Notes under the pieces: generated by a model
The model's input: the letters and a program-made list of their open reading frames with translations, nothing else
Told to the model about the DNA's origin: nothing
Database searches by the model: none
DNA from: Nemertoderma westbladi
Lineage: Eukaryota; Animalia; Xenacoelomorpha
Reading direction: 5' to 3'
Assembly: GCA_032718475.1 (NCBI GenBank)
Contig: JAUCBJ010001340.1
Span: 6,752-70,751, forward strand
DNA: 64,000 bases
Part shown: positions 39,401 to 54,400 of the stretch, piece after piece
How the letters are laid out: every line of letters starts with the position of its first letter
Position numbering within the stretch: the first letter of the stretch is position 1
Translations under genes and position numbers: made by a program

Positions 39401-42400
39401 TATATGGCAGAGATTGTGGAATGGGGAGTTTAAATGGCAGATATTGTGGAATGGGGAGTTTATATGGCAGAGATTGTGGAATGGGGAGTTTAAATGGCAG
39501 AGATTGTGGAATGGGGAGTTTAAATGGCAGATATTGTGGAATGGGGAGTTTATATGGCAGAGATTGTGGAATGGGGTGTTTAGATGGCAGAGATTGTGGA
39601 ATGGGGAGTTTACATGGCAGAGATTGTGGAATGGGGAGTTTATATGGCAGAGATTGTGGAATGGGGAGTTTATATGGCAGAGATTGTGGAATGGGGTGTT
39701 TAGATGGCAGAGATTGTGGAATGGGGAGTTTAAATGGCAGAGATTGTGGAATGGGGAGTTTAAATGGCAGATATTGTGGAATGGGGAGTTTATATGGCAG
39801 AGATTGTGGAATGGGGTGTTTAGATGGCAGAGATTGTGGAATGGGGAGTTTACATGGCAGAGATTGTGGAATGGGGAGTTTATATGGCAGATATTGCGGA
39901 ATGGAGAGTTTATATTGCAGAGATTGTGGAATGGGGTGGGGAGTTTAAATGGCAGAGATTGTGGAATGGGGAGTTTATATGGCAGATATTGTGCAATGTG
40001 GAGTTTATATGGTAGATATTGTGGAATGGGGACTTTAAATGCCAGAGATTGTGGAATGGGGGAATTTATATGGCAGATATTGTGGAATGGGGAGTTTATA
40101 TGGCAGATATTGTGCAATGTGGAGTTTATATGGTAGATATTGTGGAATGGGGACTTTAAATGCCAGAGATTGTGGAATGGGGGAATTTATATGGCAGATA
40201 TTGTGGAATGGGGAGTTTATATGGCAGAGATTGTGGAATGGGGAGTATATATGGTAGAGATTGTGGAATGGGGTGGGGAGTTTATATGGCAGAGATTGTG
40301 GAATGGGGAGTTTATATGGCAGAGATTGTGGAATGGGGAGTTTATATGGCAGAGATTATGGAATAGGGAGTATATATGGTAGAGATTGTGGAATGGGGTG
40401 GGGAGTTTATATGGCAGAGATTGTGGAATGGAGAGTTTATATGGAAGAGATTGTGGAATGGGGAGTTTATATGGTAGAGATTGTGGAATGGGGTGGGGAG
40501 TTTAAATGGCAGAGATTGTGGAATGGGGAGTTTATATGGCAGATATTGTGCAATGGGGAGTTTATATGGTAGAGATTGTGGAATGGGGACTTTAAATGCC
40601 AGAGATTGTGGAATGGGGGAATTTATATGGCAGATATTGTGGAAAGGGGAGTTTATATGGCAGAGATTGTGGAATGGGGAGTTTAAAAGGCAGATATTGT
40701 GGAATGGGGAGTTTATATGGCAGATATTGTGGAATGGGGAGTTTATATGACAGAGATTGTGGAATGGGGATTTTATATGGCAGAGATTGTGGAATGGGGA
40801 GTTCAAATGGCAGATATTGTGGAATGGGGAGTTTATATGGCAGAGATTGTGGAATGGGGAGTTTAAATGGTAGAGATTGTGGAATGGGGAGTTTAAATGG
40901 CAGATATTGTGGAATGGGGAGTTTATATGGCAGAGATTGTGGAATGGGGAGTTTAAATGGCAGATATTGTGGAATGGGGAGTTTATATGGCAGAGATTGT
41001 GGAATGGGGAGTTGAAATGGCAGATATTGTGGAATGGGGAGTTTATATGGCAGAGATTGTGGAATGGGGAGTTTATATGGCATAGATTGTGGAATGGAGA
41101 GTTTATATGGCAGAGATTGTGGAATGGGGGTGGGGAGTTTAAATGGCAGAGATTGTGGAATGGGGGTGGGGAGTTTAAATGGCAGATATTGTGGAATGGG
41201 GAGTTTATATGGCAGAGATTGTGGAATGGGGAGTTTAAATGGCAGATATTGTGGAATGGGGAGTTTATATGGCAGAGATTGTGGAATGGGGAGTTGAAAT
41301 GGCAGATATTGTGGAATGGGGAGTTTATATGGCAGAGATTGTGGAATGGGGAGTTTATATGGCATAGATTGTGGAATGTGGAGTTTATATGGCAGAGATT
41401 GTGGAATGGGGAGTATATATGGTAGATATTGTGGAATGGGGAGTTTATATGGCAGATATTGTGGAATGGGGAGTTTATATGGCAGAGATTGTGGAATGGG
41501 GAGTTTATATGACAGAGATTGTGGAATGTGGATTTTATATGGCAGAGATTGTGGAATGGGGAGTTTAAATGGCAGATATTGTGGAATGGGGAGTTTATAT
41601 GGCAGAGATTGTGGAATGGGGAGTTTAAATGGCAGAGATTGTGGAATGGGGAGTTTAAATGGCAGATATTGTGGAATGGGGAGTTTATATGGCAGAGATT
41701 GTGGAATGGGGTGTTTAGATGGCAGAGATTGTGGAATGGGGAGTTTACATGGCAGAGATTGTGGAATGGGGAGTTTATATGGCAGAGATTGTGGAATGGG
41801 GAGTTTATATGGCAGATATTGTGGAATGGGGAGTTTATATGGCAGATATTGTGCAATGGGGAGTTTATATGGCAGAGATTGTGGAATGGGGTGGGGAGTT
41901 TAAATGGCAGAGATTGTGGAATGGGGAGTTTAAATGGCAGATATTGTGGAATGGGGAGTTTATATGGCAGAGATTGTGGAATGGGGAGTTTAAATGGCAG
42001 AGATTGTGGAATGGGGTGGGGAGTTTAAATGGCAGAGATTGTGGAATGGGGAGTTTATATGGCAGATATTGTGCAATGTGGAGTTTATATGGTAGATATT
42101 GTGGAATGGGGACTTTAAATGCCAGAGATTGTGGAATGGGGGAATTTATATGGCAGATATTGTGGAATGGGGAGTTTATATGGCAGAGATTGTGGAATGG
42201 GGAGTATATATGGTAGAGATTGTGGAATGGGGTGGGGAGTTTATATGGCAGAGATTGTGGAATGGGGAGTTTATATGGCAGAGATTGTGGAATGGGGAGT
42301 TTATATGGCAGAGATTGTGGAATGGGGAGTATATATGGTAGAGATTGTGGAATGGGGTGGGGAGTTTATATGGCAGAGATTGTGGAATGGAGAGTTTATA

Positions 42401-45400
42401 TGGAAGAGATTGTGGAATGGGGAGTTTATATGGTAGAGATTGTGGAATGGGGTGGGGAGTTTAAATGGCAGAGATTGTGGAATGGGGAGTTTATATGGCA
42501 GATATTGTGCAATGGGGAGTTTATATGGTAGAGATTGTGGAATGGGGACTTTAAATGCCAGAGATTGTGGAATGGGGGAATTTATATGGCAAATATTGTG
42601 GAAAGGGGAGTTTATATGGCAGAGATTGTGGAATGGGGAGTTTAAAAGGCAGATATTGTGGAATGGGGAGTTTATATGGCAGATATTGTGGAATGGGGAG
42701 TTTATATGACAGAGATTGTGGAATGGGGATTTTATATGGCAGAGATTGTGCAATGGGGAGTTCAAATGGCAGATATTGTGGAATGGGGAGTTTATATGGC
42801 AGAGATTGTGGAATGGGGAGTTTAAATGGTAGAGATTGTGGAATGGGGAGTTTAAATGGCAGATATTGTGGAATGGGGAGTTTATATGGCAGAGATTGTG
42901 GAATGGGGAGTTTAAATGGCAGATATTGTGGAATGGGGAGTTTATATGGCAGAGATTGTGGAATGGGGAGTTGAAATGGCAGATATTGTGGAATGGGGAG
43001 TTTATATGGCAGAGATTGTGGAATGGGGAGTTTATATGGCATAGATTGTGGAATGGAGAGTTTATATGGCAGAGATTGTGGAATGGGGGTGGGGAGTTTA
43101 AATGGCAGAGATTGTGGAATGGGGGTGGGGAGTTTAAATGGCAGATATTGTGGAATGGGGAGTTTATATGGCAGAGATTGTGGAATGGGGAGTTTAAATG
43201 GCAGATATTGTGGAATGGGGAGTTTATATGGCAGAGATTGTGGAATGGGGAGTTGAAATGGCAGATATTGTGGAATGGGGAGTTTATATGGCAGAGATTG
43301 TGGAATGGGGAGTTTATATGGCATAGATTGTGGAATTTGGAGTTTATATGGCAGAGATTGTGGAATGGGGAGTATATATGGTAGATATTGTGGAATGGGG
43401 AGTTTATATGGCAGATATTGTGGAATGGGGAGTTTATATGGCAGAGATTGTGGAATGGGGAGTTTATATGACAGAGATTGTGGAATGGGGATTTTATATG
43501 GCAGAGATTGTGGAATGGGGAGTTTAAATGGCAGATATTGTGGAATGGGGAGTTTATATGGCAGAGATTGTGGAATGGGGAGTTTAAATGGCAGAGATTG
43601 TGGAATGGGGAGTTTAAATGGCAGATATTGTGGAATGGGGAGTTTATATGGCAGAGATTGTGGAATGGGGTGTTTAGATGGCAGAGTTTGTGGAATGGGG
43701 AGTTTACATGGCAGAGATTGTGGAATGGGGAGTTTATATGGCAGAGATTGTGGAATGGGGAGTTTATATGGCAGATATTGTGGAATGGGGTGGGGAGTTT
43801 AAATGGCAGAGATTGTGGAATGGGGTGGGGAGTTTAAATGGCAGAGATTGTGGAATGGGGAGTTTATATGGCAGATATTGTGCAATGTGGAGTTTATATG
43901 GTAGATATTGTGGAATGGGGACTTTAAATGCCAGAGATTGTGGAATGGGGGAATTTATATGGCAGATATTGTGGAATGGGGAGTTTATATGGCAGAGATT
44001 GTGGAATGGGGAGTATATATGGTAGAGATTGTGGAATGGGGTGGGGAGTTTATATGGCAGAGATTGTGGAATGGGGAGTTTATATGGCAGAGATTGTGGA
44101 ATGGGGAGTTTATATGGCAGAGATTGTGGAATGGGGAGTATATATGGTAGAGATTGTGGAATGGGGTGGGGAGTTTATATGGCAGAGATTGTGGAATGGA
44201 GAGTTTATATGGAAGAGATTGTGGAATGGGGAGTTTATATGGTAGAGATTGTGGAATGGGGTGGGGAGTTTAAATGGCAGAGATTGTGGAATGGGGAGTT
44301 TATATGGCAGATATTGTGCAATGGGGAGTTTATATGGTAGAGATTGTGGAATGGGGACTTTAAATGCCAGAGATTGTGGAATGGGGGAATTTATATGGCA
44401 GATATTGTGGAAAGGGGAGTTTATATGGCAGAGATTGTGGAATGGGGAGTTTAAAAGGCAGATATTGTGGAATGGGGAGTTTATATGGCAGAGATTGTGG
44501 AATGGGGAGTTTATATGACAGAGATTGTGGAATGGGGATTTTATATGGCAGAGATTGTGGAATGGGGAGTTCAAATGGCAGATATTGTGGAATGGGGAGT
44601 TTATATGGCAGAGATTGTGGAATGGGGAGTTTAAATGGCAGAGATTGTGGAATGGGGAGTTTAAATGGCAGATATTGTGGAATGGGGAGTTTATATGGCA
44701 GAGATTGTGGAATGGGGAGTTTAAATGGCAGATATTGTGGAATGGGGAGTTTATATGGCAGAGATTGTGGAATGGGGAGTTTATATGGCAGAGATTGTGG
44801 AATGGGGAGTTTATATGGCATAGATTGTGGAATGGGGAGTTTATATGGCAGAGATTGTGGAATGGGGAGTTTAAATGGCAGAGATTGTGGAATGGGGAGT
44901 TTATATGGTAGATATTGTGGAATGGGGAGTTTATATGGCAGAGATCGTGGAATGGGGTGGGGAGTTTAAATGGCAGAGATTGTGGAATGGGGAGTTTATA
45001 TGGCAGATATTGTGCAATGTGGAGTTTATATGGTAGAGATTGTGGAATGGGGACTTTAAATGCCAGAGATTGTTGAATGGGGGAATTTATATGGCAGATA
45101 TTGTGGAATGGGGAGTTTATATGGCAGAGATTGTGGAATGGGGAGTATATATGGTAGAGATTGTGGAATGGGGAGTTTATATAGCAGATATTGCGGAATG
45201 GAGAGTTTATATGGCAGAGATTGTGGAATGGGGAGTTTATATGGCAGAGATTGTGGAATGGGGAGTTTAAATGGCAGATATTGTGGAATGGGGAGTTTAT
45301 ATGGCAGAGATTGTGGAATGGGGAGTTTATATGGCAGAGATTGTGGAATGGGGAGTTTATATGGCAGAGATTGTGGAATGGGGAGTTTAAATGGCAGATA

Positions 45401-48400
45401 TTGTGGAATGGGGTGGGGAGTTTAAATGGCAGAGATTGTGGAATGGGGAGTTTATATGGCAGAGATTGTGGAATGGGGAGTTTAAATGGCAGATATTGTG
45501 GAATGGGGAGTTTAAATGGCAGAGATTGTGGAATGGGGAGTTTAAATGGCAGAGATTGTGGAATGGGGTGGGGAGTTTAAATGGCAGAGATTGTGGAATG
45601 AGGAGTTTATATGGCAGATATTGCGCAATGTGGAGTTTATATGGTAGAGATTGTGGAATGGGGACTTTAAATGCCAGAGATTGTGGAATGGGGGAATTTA
45701 TATGGCAGATATTGCGCAATGTGGAGTTTATATGGCAGAGATTGTGGAATGGGGAGTTTATATGGCAGAGATTGTGGAATGGGGAGTTTAAATGGCAGAT
45801 ATTGTGGAATGGGGAGTTTATATGGCAGAGATTGTGGAATGGGGAGTTTAAATGGGAGAGATTGTGGAATGGGGAGTTTAAATGGCAGAGATTGTGGAAT
45901 GGGGAGTTTAAATGGCAGAGATTGTGGAATGGGGTGGGGAGTTTAAATGGCAGAGATTGTGGAATGGGGAGTTTATATGGCAGATATTGCGCAATGTGGA
46001 GTTTATATGGTAGAGATTGTGGAATGGGGACTTTAAATGCCAGAGATTGTGGAATGGGGGAATTTATATGGCAGATATTGTGGAATGGGGAGTTTATATG
46101 GTAGAGATTGTGGAATGGGGAGTATATATGGTAGATATTGTGGAATGGGGTGGGGAGTTTATATGGCAGAGATTGTGGAATGGGGAGTTTATATGGCAGA
46201 GATTGTGGAATGGGGAGTTTATATGGCAGAGATTGTGGAATGGGGAGTTTATATGGCAGATATTGTGGAATGGGGAGTTTATATGGCAGAGATTGTGGAA
46301 TGGGGAGTATATATGGCAGATATTGTGCAATGTGGAGTTTATATGGTAGAGATTGTGGAATGGGGACTTTAAATGCCAGAGATTGTGGAATGGGGGAATT
46401 TATATGGCAGATATTGTGGAATGGGGAGTTTATATGGCAGAGATTGTGGAATGGGGAGTATATATGGTAGAGATTGTGGAATGGGGTGGGGAGTTTATAT
46501 GGCAGAGATTGTGGAATGGGGTGGGGAGTTTATATGGCAGAGATTGTGGAATGGGGAGTTTATATGGCAGAGATTGTGGAATGGGGAGTTTATATGGCAG
46601 ATATTGTGGAATGGGGAGTTTAAATGGCAGAGATTGTGGAATGGGGAGTTTATATGGCAGATATTGTGCAATGTGGAGTTTATATGGTAGAGATTGTGGA
46701 ATGGGGAGTATATCTGGTAGAGATTGTGGAATGGGGTGGGGAGTTTATATGGCAGAGATTGTGGAATGGGGAGTTTATATGGCAGATATTGTGGAATGGA
46801 GAGTTTATATGGCAGAGATTGTTGAATGGGGAGTTTATATAGCAGATATTGCGGAATGGAGAGTTTATATGGCAGAGATTGTGGAATGGGGAGTTTAAAT
46901 GGCAGATATTGTGGAATGGGGAGTTTATATGGCAGAGATTGTGGAATCGGGAGTTTAAATGGCAGAGATTGTGGAATGGGGAGTTTAAATGGCAGAGATT
47001 GTGGAATGGGGTGGGGAGTTTAAATGGCAGAGATTGTGGAATGGGGTGGGGAGTTTAAATGGCAGAGATTGTGGAATGGGGAGTTTATATGGCAGATATT
47101 GTGCAATGTGGAGTTTATATGGTAGAGATTGTGGAATGGGGACTTTAAATGCCAGAGATTGTGGAATGGGGGAATTTATATGGCAGATATTGTGGAAAGG
47201 GGAGTTTATATGGCAGAGATTGTGGAATGGGGAGTTTAAAAGGCAGATATTGTGGAATGGGGAGTTTATATGGCAGAGATTGTGGAATGGGGAGTTTATA
47301 TGACAGAGATTGTGGAATGGGGATTTTATATGGCAGAGATTGTGGAATGGGGAGTTCAAATGGCAGATATTGTGGAATGGGGAGTTTATATGGCAGAGAT
47401 TGTGGAATGGGGAGTTTAAATGGCAGAGATTGTGGAATGGGGAGTTTAAATGGCAGATATTGTGGAATGGGGAGTTTATATGGCAGAGATTGTGGAATGG
47501 GGAGTTTAAATGGCAGATATTGTGGAATGGGGAGTTTATATGGCAGAGATTGTGGAATGGGGAGTTTATATGGCAGATATTGTGGAATGGGGAGTTTATA
47601 TGGCATAGATTGTGGAATGGGGAGTTTATATGGCAGAGATTGTGGAATGGGGAGTTTAAATGGCAGAGATTGTGGAATGGGGAGTTTATATGGTAGATAT
47701 TGTGGAATGGGGAGTTTATATGGCAGAGATCGTGGAATGGGGTGGGGAGTTTAAATGGCAGAGATTGTGGAATGGGGAGTTTATATGGCAGATATTGTGC
47801 AATGTGGAGTTTATATGGTAGAGATTGTGGAATGGGGACTTTAAATGCCAGAGATTGTTGAATGGGGGAATTTATATGGCAGATATTGTGGAATGGGGAG
47901 TTTATATGGCAGAGATTGTGGAATGGGGAGTATATATGGTAGAGATTGTGGAATGGGGAGTTTATATGGCAGAGATTGTGGAATGGGGAGTATATATGGC
48001 AGATATTGTGGAATGGGGAGTTTATATGGCAGAGATTGTGGAATGGGGAGTATATATGGCAGATATTGTGGAATGGGGAGTTTATATGGCAGAGATTGTG
48101 GAATGGGGAGTATATATGGTAGAGATTGTGGAATGGGGAGTTTATATGGCAGAGATTGTGGAATGGGGAGTATATATGGCAGATATTGTGGAATGGGGAG
48201 TTTATATGGCAGAGATTGTGGAATGGGGAGTATATATGGCAGATATTGTGGAATGGGGAGTTTATATGGCAGAGATTGTGGAATGGGGAGTTTACATGGC
48301 AGAGATTGTGGAATGGGGAGTTTATATAGCAGATATTGCGGAATGGAGAGTTTATATGGCAGAGATTGTGGAATGGGGTGGGGAGTTTAAATGGCAGAGA

Positions 48401-51400
48401 TTGTGGAATGGGGAGTTTATATGGCAGATATTGCGCAATGTGGAGTTTATATGGTAGAGATTGTGGAATGGGGACTTTAAATGCCAGAGATTGTGGAATG
48501 GGGGAATTTATATGGCAGATATTGTGGAATGGGGAGTTTATATGGTAGAGATTGTGGAATGGGGAGTATATATGGTAGATATTGTGGAATGGGGTGGGGA
48601 GTTTATATGGCAGAGATTGTGGAATGGGGAGTTTATATGGCAGAGATTGTGGAATGGGGAGTTTATATGGCAGAGATTGTGGAATGGGGAGTTTATATGG
48701 CAGATATTGTGGAATGGGGAGTTTATATGGCAGAGATTGTGGAATGGGGAGTATATATGGCAGATATTGTGCAATGTGGAGTTTATATGGTAGAGATTGT
48801 GGAATGGGGACTTTAAATGCCAGAGATTGTGGAATGGGGGAATTTATATGGCAGATATTGTGGAATGGGGAGTTTATATGGCAGAGATTGTGGAATGGGG
48901 AGTATATATGGTAGAGATTGTGGAATGGGGTGGGGAGTTTATATGGCAGAGATTGTGGAATGGGATGGGGAGTTTATATGGCAGAGATTGTGGAATGGGG
49001 AGTTTATATGGCAGAGATTGTGGAATGGGGAGTTTATATGGCAGATATTGTGGAATGGGGAGTTTAAATGGCAGAGATTGTGGAATGGGGAGTTTATATG
49101 GCAGATATTGTGCAATGTGGAGTTTATATGGTAGAGATTGTGGAATGGGGAGTATATCTGGTAGAGATTGTGGAATGGGGTGGGGAGTTTATATGGCAGA
49201 GATTGTGGAATGGGGAGTTTATATGGCAGATATTGTGGAATGGAGAGTTTATATGGCAGAGATTGTTGAATGGGGAGTTTATATAGCAGATATTGCGGAA
49301 TGGAGAGTTTATATGGCAGAGATTGTGGAATGGGGAGTTTAAATGGCAGATATTGTGGAATGGGGAGTTTATATGGCAGAGATTGTGGAATCGGGAGTTT
49401 AAATGGCAGAGATTGTGGAATGGGGAGTTTAAATGGCAGAGATTGTGGAATGGGGTGGGGAGTTTAAATGGCAGAGATTGTGGAATGGGGTGGGGAGTTT
49501 AAATGGCAGAGATTGTGGAATGGGGAGTTTATATGGCAGATATTGTGCAATGTGGAGTTTATATGGTAGAGATTGTGGAATGGGGACTTTAAATGCCAGA
49601 GATTGTGGAATGGGGGAATTTATATGGCAGATATTGTGGAAAGGGGAGTTTATATGGCAGAGATTGTGGAATGGGGAGTTTAAAAGGCAGATATTGTGGA
49701 ATGGGGAGTTTATATGGCAGAGATTGTGGAATGGGGAGTTTATATGACAGAGATTGTGGAATGGGGATTTTATATGGCAGAGATTGTGGAATGGGGAGTT
49801 CAAATGGCAGATATTGTGGAATGGGGAGTTTATATGGCAGAGATTGTGGAATGGGGAGTTTAAATGGCAGAGATTGTGGAATGGGGAGTTTAAATGGCAG
49901 ATATTGTGGAATGGGGAGTTTATATGGCAGAGATTGTGGAATGGGGAGTTTAAATGGCAGATATTGTGGAATGGGGAGTTTATATGGCAGAGATTGTGGA
50001 ATGGGGAGTTTATATGGCAGAGATTGTGGAATGGGGAGTTTATATGGCATAGATTGTGGAATGGGGAGTTTATATGGCAGAGATTGTGGAATGGGGAGTT
50101 TAAATGGCAGAGATTGTGGAATGGGGAGTTTATATGGTAGATATTGTGGAATGGGGAGTTTATATGGCAGAGATCGTGGAATGGGGTGGGGAGTTTAAAT
50201 GGCAGAGATTGTGGAATGGGGAGTTTATATGGCAGATATTGTGCAATGTGGAGTTTATATGGTAGAGATTGTGGAATGGGGACTTTAAATGCCAGAGATT
50301 GTTGAATGGGGGAATTTATATGGCAGATATTGTGGAATGGGGAGTTTATATGGCAGAGATTGTGGAATGGGGAGTATATATGGTAGAGATTGTGGAATGG
50401 GGAGTTTATATAGCAGATATTGCGGAATGGAGAGTTTATATGGCAGAGATTGTGGAATGGGGAGTTTATATGGCAGAGATTGTGGAATGGGGAGTTTAAA
50501 TGGCAGATATTGTGGAATGGGGAGTTTATATGGCAGAGATTGTGGAATGGGGAGTTTATATGGCAGAGATTGTGGAATGGGGAGTTTATATGGCAGAGAT
50601 TGTGGAATGGGGAGTTTAAATGGCAGATATTGTGGAATGGGGTGGGGAGTTTAAATGGCAGAGATTGTGGAATGGGGAGTTTATATGGCAGAGATTGTGG
50701 AATGGGGAGTTTAAATGGCAGATATTGTGGAATGGGGAGTTTAAATGGCAGAGATTGTGGAATGGGGAGTTTAAATGGCAGAGATTGTGGAATGGGGTGG
50801 GGAGTTTAAATGGCAGAGATTGTGGAATGGGGAGTTTATATGGCAGATATTGCGCAATGTGGAGTTTATATGGTAGAGATTGTGGAATGGGGACTTTAAA
50901 TGCCAGAGATTGTGGAATGGGGGAATTTATATGGCAGATATTGCGCAATGTGGAGTTTATATGGCAGAGATTGTGGAATGGGGAGTTTATATGGCAGAGA
51001 TTGTGGAATGGGGAGTTTAAATGGCAGATATTGTGGAATGGGGAGTTTATATGGCAGAGATTGTGGAATGGGGAGTTTAAATGGCAGAGATTGTGGAATG
51101 GGGAGTTTAAATGGCAGAGATTGTGGAATGGGGAGTTTAAATGGCAGAGATTGTGGAATGGGGTGGGGAGTTTAAATGGCAGAGATTGTGGAATGGGGAG
51201 TTTATATGGCAGATATTGCGCAATGTGGAGTTTATATGGTAGAGATTGTGGAATGGGGACTTTAAATGCCAGAGATTGTGGAATGGGGGAATTTATATGG
51301 CAGATATTGTGGAATGGGGAGTTTATATGGTAGAGATTGTGGAATGGGGAGTATATATGGTAGATATTGTGGAATGGGGAGTTTATATGGCAGAGATTGT

Positions 51401-54400
51401 GGAATGGGGAGTTTATATGGCAGAGATTGTGGAATGGGGAGTTTATATGGCAGAGATTGTGGAATGGGGAGTTTATATGGCAGATATTGTGGAATGGGGA
51501 GTTTATATGGCAGAGATTGTGGAATGGGGAGTATATATGGCAGATATTGTGCAATGTGGAGTTTATATGGTAGAGATTGTGGAATGGGGACTTTAAATGC
51601 CAGAGATTGTGGAATGGGGGAATTTATATGGCAGATATTGTGGAATGGGGAGTTTATATGGCAGAGATTGTGGAATGGGGAGTATATATGGTAGAGATTG
51701 TGGAATGGGGTGGGGAGTTTATATGGCAGAGATTGTGGAATGGGGTGGGGAGTTTATATGGCAGAGATTGTGGAATGGGGAGTTTATAGGGCAGAGATTG
51801 TGGAATGGGGAGTTTATATGGCAGATATTGTGGAATGGGGAGTTTAAATGGCAGAGATTGTGGAATGGGGAGTTTATATGGCAGATATTGTGCAATGTGG
51901 AGTTTATATGGTAGAGATTGTGGAATGGGGAGTATATCTGGTAGAGATTGTGGAATGGGGTGGGGAGTTTATATGGCAGAGATTGTTGAATGGGGAGTTT
52001 ATATAGCAGATATTGCGGAATGGAGAGTTTATATGGCAGAGATTGTGGAATGGGGTGTTTAGATGGCAGAGATTGTGGAATGGGGAGTTTATATGGCAGA
52101 GATTGTGGAATCGGGAGTTTAAATGGCAGAGATTGTGGAATGGGGAGTTTATATGGCAGAGATTGTGGAATCGGGAGTTTAAATGGCAGAGATTGTGGAA
52201 TGGGGAGTTTATAGGGCAGAGATTGTGGAATGGGGAGTTTATATGGCAGATATTGTGGAATGGGGAGTTTAAATGGCAGAGATTGTGGAATGGGGAGTTT
52301 ATATGGCAGATATTGTGCAATGTGGAGTTTATATGGTAGAGATTGTGGAATGGGGAGTATATCTGGTAGAGATTGTGGAATGGGGTGGGGAGTTTAAATG
52401 GCAGATATTGTGGAATGGGGAGTTTATATGGCAGAGATTGTGGAATCGGGAGTTTAAATGGCAGAGATTGTGGAATGGGGAGTTTAAATGGCAGAGATTG
52501 TGGAATGGGGTGGGGAGTTTAAATGGCAGAGATTGTGGAATGGGGTGGGGAGTTTAAATGGCAGAGATTGTGGAATGGGGAGTTTATATGGCAGATATTG
52601 TGCAATGTGGAGTTTATATGGTAGAGATTGTGGAATGGGGACTTTAAATGCCAGAGATTGTGGAATGGGGGAATTTATATGGCAGATATTGTGGAATGGG
52701 GAGTTTATATGGCAGAGATTGTGGAATGGGGAGTATATATGGTAGAGATTGTGGAATGGGGTAGGGAGTTTATATGGCAGAGATTGTGGAATGGGGAGTT
52801 TATATGGCAGAGATTGTGGAATGGGGAGTTTATATGGCAGAGATTGTGGAATGGGGAGTTTATATGGCAGATATTGTGGAATGGGGAGTTTATATGGCAG
52901 AGATTGTGGAATGGGGAGTATATATGGTAGAGATTGTGGAATGGGGTGGGGAGTTTATATGGCAGAGATTGTGGAATGGAGAGTTTATATGGAAGAGATT
53001 GTGGAATGGGGAGTTTATATGGTAGAGATTGTGGAATGGGGTGGGGAGTTTAAATGGCAGAGATTGTGGAATGGGGAGTTTATATGGCAGATATTGTGCA
53101 ATGGGGAGTTTATATGGTAGAGATTGTGGAGAGGGGAGTTTATATGGCAGAGATTGTGGAATGGGGGAATTTATATGGCAGATATTGTGGTATGGGGAGT
53201 TTATATGGCAGAGATTGTGGAATGGGGAGTTTAAAAGGCAGATATTGTAGAATGGGGAGTTTATATGGCAGAGATTGTGGAATGGGGAGTTTATATGACA
53301 GAGATTGTGGAATGGGGATTTTATATGGCAGAGATTGTGGAATTTGGAGTTTAAATGGCAGATATTGTGGAATGGGGAGTTTATATGGCAGAGATTGTGG
53401 AATGGGGAGTTTAAATGGCAGAGATTGTGGAATGGGGAGTTTAAATGGCAGATATTGTGGAATGGGGAGTTTATATGGCAGAGATTGTGGAATGGGGAGT
53501 TTATATGCCAGAGATTGTGGAATGGGGAGTTTAAATGGCAGATATTGTGGAATGGGGAGTTTATATGGCAGAGATTGTGGAATGGGGAGTTGAAATGGCA
53601 GATATTGTGGAATGGGGAGTTTATATGGCAGAGATTGTGGAATGGGGAGTTTATATGGCAGAGATTGTGGAATGGGGAGTATATATGGTAGATATTGTGG
53701 AATGGGGAGTTTATATGGTAGATATTGCGGAATGGGGTGGGGAGTTTAAATGGCAGAGATTCTGGAATGGGGAGTTTATATGGCAGAGATTGTGGAATGG
53801 GGAGTTTATACGGCAGAGATTGTGGAATGGAGAGTTTATATGGCAGAGATTGTGGAATGGGGGTGGGGAGTTTAAATGGCAGATATTGTGGAATGGGGAG
53901 TTTATATGGCAGAGATAGTGGAATGGGGAGTTTATATGGCAGAAATTGTGGAATGGGGAGTTTATAAGGCAGAGATTGTGGAATGGGGAGTTTAAATGGC
54001 AGAGATTGTAGATAGAATGGGGAGATTATATGGCAGATATTGTGGAATGGGGAGTTTATATGGTAGAGATTCTGGAATGGGGAGTTTATATGGCATAGCA
54101 TGTGGAATGGGGAGTTTATATGGCAGATATTGTGGAATGGGGAGTTTATATGGCAGAGATTGTGGAATGGGGAGTTTATATGACAGAGATTGTGGAATGG
54201 GGAGTTTATATGGCAGAGATTGTGGAATGGAGAGTTTATATGGTAGAGATTGTGGAATGGGGAGTTTATATGGCAGAGATTGTGGAATGGGGGGTTTATA
54301 TGGCAGAGATTGTGGAATGGGGAGTTTATATGGCAGAGATTGTGGAATGGGGAGTTTAAATGGCATATATTGTGGAATGGGGAGTTTATATGGCAGAGAT

